DNA of 63,780 nucleotides, counting the filler, from Reclinomonas americana ATCC 50394 (Eukaryota), in NCBI GenBank assembly GCA_048213135.1. It is 17 parts of 17 records of this genome, joined end to end, with 100 filler letters (N's around TTAATTAATTAA, not from the genome) between each part and the next. Parts side by side here need not be neighbours in the genome. Positions count along the whole stretch, not along the records: positions 51,583 to 56,657 come from AFZH01021920.1; positions 56,758 to 61,493 come from AFZH01021922.1; positions 61,594 to 63,780 come from AFZH01021923.1; 14 more parts are not named here. One strand, 5' to 3'. The stretch's first letter is position 1, and the number at the start of each line of letters is the position of its first letter. Position numbers and translations under genes: made by a program. The notes under the pieces are model-generated. The model did not search any database. It was not told where the DNA came from and saw only the letters and a program-made list of their open reading frames with translations. Shown one piece after another: positions 54,548 to 63,780 of this stretch.

Positions 54548-55250
54548 TGGCTGTTTGGGAAAGGCGCGATAGCTCCGACGTACTCATTTTGAGCATCACT
54601 TGCTCGGAGGCTGCAGATATCGATCGGATCCACTCCTGCTTTCAAATCAGCCACTCAGTGCTGGTGTCTCAACAGCTTCCGCGGATCGAATCCACTGCGT
54701 CATTCAGACTGCACGGCGCCTCATGCTCAGCTACTTCGGGTCGGATCCTGTTCCACATGCTCTGTTACTTTGAACAGGCACTGCTCAACACTGTTGCCTC
54801 ATGATCAGATGCTTCGGGTCTGATCCGGACCACTACTGCAATCAGACTTCATCGCTGCGCTCTGTGCTTGTTCAGATCGGGTTCATTGCTGCCTGCAAGA
54901 TGGCAGTCCCACTGTGCTGTGGGATCCACCGCGGCTTGCGGACTGCACCGCTCAATACTGTTGCCTTATGATGCCTCACTGCTGCATTCAGAATTCATCG
55001 CACTGTACTGGTGCCTCATGACATTCACAGCTGCTTTCTGCACTCTGCTGCTTTTGATCGCTTGTATTTCTCTTCTCGTGACAACTTTACATCAACAAGC
55101 GCAGATCGGTGTTATAGATCGCACTTGCCCACTTCAGGAAGAGCCTGTCTCTGTCTTGGACTTGCAAATCGTTGCTGGTTCTGCCAACGATGCAGCGATG
55201 TGACACGTGACACCCCTCACGCGCGTTCGTCGTTTGTGCACAAACAAGCA

Positions 55251-55660
55251 ATGAGCACGCAGTCGCGCCCTCGGTTGCGCGCAGACAGGAAGTTAACACA
55301 CACTCTCTCACACACTCTACTCAGTCATTGGTGATTCTGATTGGTCAACAAACAACAACAGAGCGGATTTGTCATCAGTGGCCGCCAGTGCAGTTGGCGC
55401 GCCTCTCTCTCAGTCATTGCCCGCGCAACAGTCTCCACAGCAACAGCAACAGTTGCAAAGACGAGTGCCTGAGGATGTGCCCACTGTGGTCAGTGAATGA
55501 GAGAGAGAGAGAGAAGGGGGAGAGAGATGAGAGAGAGAAGGGGGAGAGATGAGAGAGAGAGAGAGATGAGAGATGAGAGACAGAAGAGAGACAGGAGAGA
55601 GACAGACGAGAGACAGAAGAGAGACAGAAGAGAGCGAGAGATGAGAGAGAGAGAGAGAGA

Positions 55661-55691
<31 letters not shown>

Positions 55692-56526
55692 GAGAGACAG
55701 TAGTTGCAGAGACGAGTGCCTGAGGATGTGCCCACTGTGGTCAGTGAATGAGAGAGAGAAGGGAGAGAGAGATGAGAGATGAGAGAGCGCGGGAGATTGA
55801 TTTGGGGTTTCGCGCTCTCCTGGAGAAGAGAGGGAGAAAGTGGCAAAGCAGAAGGAGCAAGAGGTGAGAAGGGAGAGAGAGATACAGAAGGAGGAGTTGA
55901 GACTGATTCTCTCTCTTCCTTCAGGGTCTCCTCTGACTCCAGTTTCTTGTTGTCTTCTTCATCTTGTTTCCTTCTTCTCCTCCTCCTCCTCCTCTCCTTC
56001 TTTTTCTTCTCCTCCAGAACCTCTTACTTGTTCCGCTTCTTCTCCTTTCTCCTTGCTTCTCTTCTCCTCGCTCATTCGTCCTCCCTCCTCCTCTCTGTCT
56101 TCTCTTTCTTTTTTCTTCTTCCTCCCTCATCTCCTTCTTCTTTGTCTTCCTCTTTTTTCTTCTTCTCCTCCTCTCCCTTCTCTTTCTCTTCTTCTTCTCA
56201 CTCATTGACTCGCATTCCTTCTTTCTTCTCATGCCCTTCTCCTCCTCCTCCTCCTTGCTTCTCTTCTTCTCCGTCTCCTCCTCCTCTCGCGTTCTCTCCC
56301 CCTTGTCTCTGCTCGTTTTCTGACTACAATTTCGCAGCCCCCTGATCAGGCCAGCCACATTCTGCAACTCAAGGCGCGACTGCAAACACTGAATGAGGAG
56401 AAGGCGGCGGCCAAGGTGCTCATGGTCAACATGACCAAGGAGATGCATGAGCGCGAGGTCAGTGACATGCTCTTCTCCCCGGACTCTCCATCCTGCCCTT
56501 GTCTCTGATGATTTGGCCTTGTGCTC

Positions 56527-56575
<49 letters not shown>

Positions 56576-59500
56576 TCTTCGTCTACTTCTCTTCTCTCTT
56601 CTCCTACCTCTCTTCTTCTCTCTCGTACTCTCTCTACTCTCGTACGTACGTACTACTNNNNNNNNNNNNNNNNNNNNNNNNNNNNNNNNNNNNNNNNNNN
56701 NTTAATTAATTAANNNNNNNNNNNNNNNNNNNNNNNNNNNNNNNNNNNNNNNNNNNNAGGCACCTCGAATTCCACGACCGCGTCCCCCCACCCGAGGTCA
56801 CCGCCGACGCCCTGGCCGGTGCTGCGGCCGCCGGTTCCGGCGCCGACGGCGGACAGTCGGACATGGCGGCCAGCAGTACGGGTCTCGGCCGCCTGCTGGG
56901 CGTGGCGCGCATGGCCCGCACACGCTCGGCGCGCTCCGACGACTCGCAGAACGCGAACAACTCGCTGCAGATGATGTTGCCGGAGCAGCAGCGTGCGGGT
57001 GTGAAGCCGCCGTCGGAGATGGTGGGCGAGTCGATTCAGGCGGCGAGGGAGCGCTTGCGCAGTTGCGGATGAAGGATGGGAAAGGGCGGTTCTTGCATGA
57101 GATGCTTATTGTGCTGCAGGTCGCGGTCCTTTCTTGGTCATTGAGCAAATACGCGAACATTTGCGGTTCTTGATGACGTTTCGGGAGGTGAGTGTGTCGG
57201 GCACATGGTGTGTTCAGTTCATTGCTTTGCTGTTTTGTTCTGTGCTTCGGTGTGCAGCATTGCTACTTGCTGTGGTTTGTGCACCTTGTTTGTGTCTGTT
57301 GTTCTGCCCTTCTGCTGTGCTATGTCGTGCTGTGCCGTGCGTTGCCTTGCTGTGCTCTTCTCAGTTTGTTTTCTGCTGAGCTGCGTTCTTTTCTGTTCTG
57401 TGCCGTCCCGTGCTATCGTGCTCCGATGCGCTGTCCTCTTCTGTGCTGGTCTCTGCAGCTACTGTCCTGCGTTGTGCTGTTTTGCGCTGTGCTGCGCCGT
57501 TCATCCCCCGTTGTGTTCTCTGCTGTGCGGTGCTGTGTATTGCTGCTCTGTTCTGTTCTGTGCTTTGTGCTCTGTGTGTGTATGCTGCGATGGGCTGCTG
57601 CATCTGTTCTGATTGTGCTTTGTTGCGCCGTGCTGCACCGTTCGTCCTGCGTTGTGTTCTTTGCTGTGCAGCGCTGTGTATTGCTGTTCTGTCCTGTCAA
57701 GTGCTGTGCTATTCTGTTCTGTGCCGTGTTGCTGTGATGTGCTTCGTTGCGCGTTCCTGCCTTCGCTTGTCGTGTTATGTTGTCTTTTGCTATATTCGCC
57801 GCATGTGAATAGAGCTCTCGTTTACACACTTGCGCGCAAGACTCACCTCGCGATGGCCACAGGAATATGAGGCACAACTGGAGGGTCGCGTCAAGGCCCG
57901 CCGCCTCGACAGCGAGCGCGAGGTGAAGCAACTGCAGCAGCAAATGGCGCAAATGGTACGACTATAGTGCTTGCCCATCGGTCTCTCCTCCCGCCCAATT
58001 CCTCTCGCATGTGCAGAAAGAAGAGGCCGACACCATGCAAGCCACCATGCGCCACGCGCGAGAGCGACAACGCGAGGAGGAGGAGTTGCGGCAGTCGATC
58101 ATGCACAAGTACGACGATCTCGTGGCCGAACTGCGGCGAGGTGCGTGCCTGCTCCTTTAATCGGAGTGGGGCTGTGATCCACTCACCGCTTCTCCAGACA
58201 ACGAAACTCTGCAGCGTGAGCTGGAGGCCCGCGATCGAGCCAAGCTGGAGCTGGAGGAGCAGCTGGCTGAACGTGATCAGCTGCTGCGCAAGAAGGAAAT
58301 GCGCCTGATGCGTATTCGACAGCTGGAGGGCGAGATGTTGAAGACGGAGCGTGATTTTGAGCGGAATGTGGAGGAGTTGGTGACGGAGAATTCGTACGCC
58401 AAGGCCGCGACCACGAGGGTGAGGCGTATTGGGGAGAGAGAGGGGAGGGCAAGGGTGTCTTTGCTCACTCTCCTCCCACTACAGAACCAGTACATTCTCG
58501 TGGAAGTGCAGGCACAAATTGGCCAGCTGCAGGACGAGTATGCGCGAGTACAGATGCAGTTGCACAGCTACAAGGTGTGTGGCGCTCTCTCGACCCCCTC
58601 TTGCTACCCTCCATCTGCAGCCCTCGTGCATCCCTCCATCTGCATCTCTCCTCGTGCAACCCTCCTTCTGGCAACCCTCCTCGTGCAGCTCTCCTGCAAC
58701 CCTCCTCGTGCACAACCCTCCTCGTGCAATCCTCCCCCTGTAACCCTTCTCGTCCAACCCCCGTGCAACCCTCCTCGTGCAACCCTCAATCTACTGCCCT
58801 CGTACAACCCTCCATCTGCATCTGCATCCCTTCTGCTGCATCCCTCATCGTGCATCTGTCTCGTGTAACCCTTCTCGTGCAACCCTCCACTTGCAACCCT
58901 CCTCGTGCAACCCTCCTCTGCAACCCCCTTGTGCAACCCTCCTTGTGCAGCTCTCCTGCTGCAACCCTCCTTATGCAACCCTCCTCGTGTAACCCTCTTC
59001 GTGCTACCCTCCTTGTGCAACCCTTCTCCAAAAACCCTCCTTGTGCAACCCTTCTCGTGCAACCCTCCTCATGCATCCCTCGTCGTGTAACCCTCCTCGT
59101 GCAACTCTCCCCGTACACAACCCTCCTCCTGCACAACCCCCTCGTGCTAGCCTCCTTGTGCAACCCTCTTTGTGCAACCCTCCTCGTGCAACCCTCCTCG
59201 TGCAACCCTCCTCGTGCAACCCTCCTCCTGCTACCCTCCTCCTTCCTCCCTCCCTCCTCCCTCCTCCCTCCTCCCTCCTCCATCCTCCATCCTCCCTGCT
59301 CCCTCCCCCCCTCCCTCCTCCTTCACGCCTCCCCTTCCATCCCCTTCCCCTTACCCTTCCCCCTTGCCCACAGCGCGACGTGAACCAAGCCGCCGAGCAC
59401 GTGCTCAAGTCGAAAATCACCAACCTCACCGAGCGCATCGGCGCCAAGGCCACCGAGACGCAACAGATCCGCCTGCAACTCGAGCAGCGCAAGGAGGAGC

Positions 59501-60090
59501 TGGAGCGGTTGCGCATGCAGCAGGCGCAGATGCGCGCCGACTTTGAGCAGCTGCACACGGCCAAGAAGAAGGACGACGTGCTGAGTCGCAAGAAGAACGA
59601 GCTGCAGGATCGCAAGGTGGCGCGCGAGGCCGTCGACCGGCTGGTGGAGGCGGAGCACGAGGTGGCGGCGGCGTTCCAGGGGCAGCTGGCGGAGAAGGAC
59701 CGGCAGATTGAGCGGCTGTATGAGACGTTGCAGGCGCTGACGCGGCGGGAGCGCGCCCTCCGCAACACCGACGAGCAGATGGTGCGGGAGAAGCTGCGCA
59801 TCGAGGCCGAGCTGGCGGAGATGGAGGAGCGGACGGTTTGATTATGGAGAGGGAGGGAGGGAGGACAGGTTACTTGCCGGCTGACTTTCTCTTTATTTAA
59901 GAATCGCATGGCAGAGGAGCGACGACGCATGGCGCCGAGTCCCACAGCTGGACCGACGTCGACCTCGGTCACCGCTGCAGCCGCACGGTCGCGACCCGCC
60001 AGTGTGCAGGGGACGCGTCGACCGTCGTTGGAGTCGCTGGAGGAGGTGGTGCGACCGCGGTCGTCCATGGCGACCATGCGGAGGAGGTGA
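55251..60090 (+). CDS. Multi-exon coiled-coil protein of unknown family
   Basis: E/Q/R/K-rich heptad exons (e.g. 56338-56457, 57863-57955, 59373-59835) join in phase through GT-AG introns; start exon less certain. Confidence 0.7.
57195..57790. repeat. Degenerate TGCTGTG/TGTTC low-complexity repeat (intron)
   Basis: Direct reading. Confidence 0.75.
58600..59235. repeat. 14-bp minisatellite (GCAACCCTCCTCGT)n in an intron
   Basis: Many degenerate tandem copies. Confidence 0.9.
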
Positions 60091-60716
60091 TCTGCGGGGA
60101 AAGGGAGGAAGGAGGGTGAGGGAAAGGAGAAGGGTGGGGGAAAAGGGAGGAAGGAGGGTGAGGTTAAGGAGAAGGGTGGGGAAAAGGGAGGAAGGAGGGC
60201 TCAGAAAAATGTATTGGTGAAGGAAAAGGAGATGAGTGGGGGCAACGGGAAGAGCGAGGGCTCAGAAACATGTATTGGTGTAGAAGGAGAAGGGTGGTGA
60301 TTGTTAGAGTGGTGTTTGCTGCATGTTTCGCTCTCTACTTGTCGTGAATGACCTCTTCTGTTGTTTCTTTCTCGAGTCTTTGACCCTTGTGGGAGAAGGT
60401 AATGCCAGAAGCCAGGCGTGGGTACCGGGTAGACTGCCTACGGCAGTGCGAGGGCAAACAGATGATTCATCTCCAACGGCACTCGCTGTTGCTTGTGTGT
60501 TCGCGATGAGTTGTTCTGCATTCGCATCAGCAGCAGCACACCACAACTGAAATGAGCCTCAGCGACATGCTCTCTGTTGTTCATGCTCACTTCTTTGCTT
60601 GCTCCACGGATCCGAACCCGGTTTTGCTTTGCTTGAAGTGGACGTGCCGTGCACGATCGCAGAAACCGCTGTGCGTCTTCGGCAGAGCTTGGCCCACAAG
60701 TCCTCTTTCCCTCTAT

Positions 60717-61493
60717 TCATGGGTGCTCAATTCCAAGTACAACACGGACCCGTGAATTCGCCTCGGCCGCCGTGACTGCGTCCAGCACCAGCGCAGTGTC
60801 GCTCGGCCGTTCGACAATCTGCGCTTGCTGCATGACGACCAGCTTCCACGCCCGCGTCTCGGCCTCGGATTTGCCGAGTTTTGTCAACACGCGAGCTCGA
60901 ACCGCCGCCAGTGTGTCCGCCTGCAGCGCAGCACCGAGTCAGAGATTGCAAACAACGAACAGCAAGTGTGTGTGTGTGTGTGTGTGTGTGCGTGTGTGTG
61001 TGTAGCTCACCGGGGTGACCAACATGAAGAATGGCGGCATGCCGGCGGGCACGAGATCCGAGCGATGCTGTCGCACATGCTGAAATTGCATGAAGCGATC
61101 GCCCGGCTTGATCGTCCCCGGCCGCTCCTCGGCCGGAATCTCCTCCGCTCGCAGTGTGATGATGGGCATTTGCAAAATCGTGCTGGTCGTGTCGCTCGGC
61201 TCGTACACCCGATTGATTTTGTTGTCGTACGTCTCCAGCAGGCGCAGGGGGCCGGAGGCGCGTGGAGCGAGATTCTCACGCACGGCTTTCAGCAGCGATT
61301 CCACCGTCCGGTGGGATTCCAGCGAGACGCGCATCATCGACTGTGGCGGCAGAGGTGGTGAGATGGAGAAGGGGAAGGGTAAAAGGTTGACAAACCTCGG
61401 GTTCGACTTTGGGATTGAAAAAGGTGATTTGCACGACGCGCTTCACCGCAGGTGCGGCGGGTGGTGGGGCGGCGGCGGCGGCGGGTGCGGGTG
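60717..61493 (-). CDS. USP7/UBP12-type C-terminal ubiquitin-like module (UBL4-5) preceded by a Pro/Ala linker
   Basis: TVESLL, LRLLETYDNKI, LRAEEIPAEE, GMPPFFMLV, VRARVLTKLG...WKLVV, LGIEHP-stop match USP7 C-terminal motifs. Confidence 0.75.
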
Positions 61494-61593
61494 NNNNNNN
61501 NNNNNNNNNNNNNNNNNNNNNNNNNNNNNNNNNNNNNTTAATTAATTAANNNNNNNNNNNNNNNNNNNNNNNNNNNNNNNNNNNNNNNNNNNN

Positions 61594-63085
61594 CGGTCTG
61601 CCGGAAGGGGAGAAGAGGGGAAGGGGTGGGTGGGGGAAGGGTGGGGAAAGGGAAAGGGAAAGAGAAAAAGCAAAACTGAGCTGGCATGCGACATGAAAGA
61701 AAACGAGTTAAGAGCGAGCGAGCGAAAAGAGAATGAGAGAGAGCGAGAGAATGAGAGAGAGAGGAAGAGGAATGGAATGCGTTGCTGGCAGCGGCAACAA
61801 GACAAATGAGAAGAATAAGAGGAAGGAGACATCAACCACAGCGCACGAAAGTCATCTTTCTAACAAATACAAGGACAAGAGTGCTTCCGTGGAGCTTCTC
61901 ACTTCAGAGGCGGCAACGCAACATACGACATACTCGGGGAAGGAAACTGAACCGCCGTTGGCGTGGGTCCTGCGAAGAGAAAACGATGGGCACTCAAAAG
62001 AAAAGAGATCGACAAAACAAACGGCACGCAACAGTGCTTCCAGCGAGTGATAGCCGGCCGCTTCTGTCTTGCGCTCCGTGTGCTCTCTCATCCCTGTATC
62101 GCCGCGTCAACAAAGACAACACTCTTGCAATAACGCTGCTCACAGAAAAACGCAACATGTGGCCACCCGCTCCCGCTTTCCCAAAATCACACGGCACAGG
62201 AACACCTCACGCGGGCACTCCAAACAGTTCTTTCGGCGATGCTCACTGCATTGCTCGTGAGCACCGCGCGAATACATGTCGGATTTGGTGACGTTCTTGC
62301 CGAAATAGACGCCAGCGCCCCCTGCAACCAAGACTATGAGAAAGAGCGAGTGCGTGAAGAATGATAGGCAGGGACGCAACACATGTTGCCCTTGTCTCGT
62401 GAGTAGCGCTCGTCGAAACCATTGAGCAGCACGAGGTTCGGCTGCCGTGAGCCGTGCCATAGGAGCTCCGATACACGCTCGTCAAACACGTCTTCGCAGT
62501 CGAGCTCCTTGGCCACCTCCTGGGCGCGCATGTACCACCATCGCCACATGCGGGGGTCCTGCAGTATGGTGAGGGAGGGGTGAGGGGAAGGGAGAAGTGG
62601 AGAGAGGCGGAGAGGAAGGCGACCCCTTCAAAGTCAAACCATCCCCTCTCCTTTCCCTCACACTCAGTATTCCCTCACTGTCGCTCCCACTCTCTTCCCC
62701 ATCCCTTTCCCTTCCCTCCTCTTCCCCACTTGCCGCACCTGGAAGCGAAACACGCTGACCACCTGCAGATCCGAGTACCCGCCTCCAGGGTTGTTGGGGT
62801 TGTTGCAGTGGTCTGGCGCGATTGAGTCGCGGAATAATCGGTGCACCATTTCGTACTCGTCGGTGAGCTCCTGCACCTGCACGAGAACGCCGCGCTGCAC
62901 GCTTCCACCACTGCCGCTGCCGGTGCCCTCTGCGCCACCGCCCATGAGGGGGATTGGTGCAGCGGGGGTTGGCTCCCTGGGTGAGCAGAGGGTGGATTGG
63001 TAAGAGGGAGGAGTTGCATGTGCATTTGCGAGCGTACCAGAATGGCGGATACACCAGGCCGACAGCCACTTCGGATTTCTGCAGT
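61594..63085 (-). CDS. PARP-family ADP-ribosyltransferase catalytic domain with H-Y-E triad; both ends uncertain
   Basis: YPPFWEP, EYEMV, LLWHGS, GFD, WGAGVYFG...KSDMY, VFLCRVILG, GYHS, PEYVV|YR. Confidence 0.85.
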
Positions 63086-63199
63086 CTGCGCAACGAGTGT
63101 GAAAATAGCGTGCATACGCAGTGACTTCTTCTCGAGCCTCAGGTGCTCACACTCGCGCTGTCAAACACACGCACCATCGACAACTGATACCGCATTACC

Positions 63200-63377
63200 T
63201 TCTCTATCTCTCTCTCTGTCTGTCTGTCTGTCTGCATGTCTGTCTGTCTGTCTGTCTGTATCCCGTGCACAGACATCGTCTTTCTCTCTGTCTATCTGTC
63301 TGCCTGTTCGTTTCTCCCGTGCACAGACATACTGTCACTCTCTCTCTCTCTCTCTTTCTGTCCGTCTGCCTGCCTGC

Positions 63378-63411
<34 letters not shown>

Positions 63412-63780
63412 ATTCGTCTGTATCCCCCTCTCTCTCTCCCTCCCTCCGTCTGTCTGTCTGTCTCTCTTTGTCTCTCTCCTGTGCACAGACATATTGTTCT
63501 CTCCCGTGCAAAGACATTGTCTCTTTCTCTTTCTCTCTCTCTTCACTCTCTATCTCTCTGTCTGTCTGTCTGTCTGTCGTTTGTCAGTCTGTCTGTCTCT
63601 CTCCCGTGCACGGACATATTGTCTCTCTCTGCCCTTTCTGTCTGTCTGTCTGTCTGTTTGTATTCCTCTCTCTCCCTCCTTCCGTTTGCCAGTCTGTCTC
63701 TCTTTGTCTCTCTCCAGTGCACAGACATATTGTTGCTCACCAGTGCACAGACATATTGTCTCTCACCTCTCTCTCTCTCT
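63200..63780. repeat. (TCTG)n/(CT)n tracts with a recurrent GTGCACAGACAT motif
   Basis: Direct reading; the motif recurs about 7 times. Confidence 0.8.

Noticed and set aside
58600..59235. Possible CRISPR-like or telomeric array
   Set aside because: A head-to-tail degenerate 14-mer with no unique spacers inside an intron; an ordinary minisatellite.

Overview
Gene-dense, intron-rich nuclear DNA of a single-celled eukaryote; the lineage cannot be determined from this window. It uses the standard genetic code (TAA, TAG and TGA all end conserved C-termini). Sixteen 100-nt scaffold spacers (N44-TTAATTAATTAA-N44) interrupt the window. Genes reconstructed by hand, left to right: a tandem array of intronless 7-blade WD40 genes with a constant C-terminal tail, IntS9, a secreted SUEL-lectin/EGF protein, CPSF2, FAM13-like RhoGAP, CNOT11, a Q/RGG low-complexity protein, a secreted PI-PLC-X protein head-to-head with a secreted PH-like protein, a large secreted Ig/IPT-like repeat + H-type-lectin-like protein, COG3, COMMD6, a divergent GT48 1,3-beta-glucan synthase, an NT5DC-type HAD nucleotidase, a cyclin, RRP8, a coiled-coil protein, a USP7 C-terminal UBL module and an H-Y-E PARP domain. 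The strongest signal is in the introns. By my manual count about 40 of about 105 reconstructable donors have a 1-nt-shifted 5' splice site (N|GTTGCGT, G at +6 instead of +5), almost always after an exon that does not end in G. Conventional donors (GTGCGT/GTGAGT) almost always follow G. The second candidate system is the WD40 array, which is hypervariable and recombining and has a BC-box/VHL-box-like tail. All exon structures are manual inferences without transcript data.
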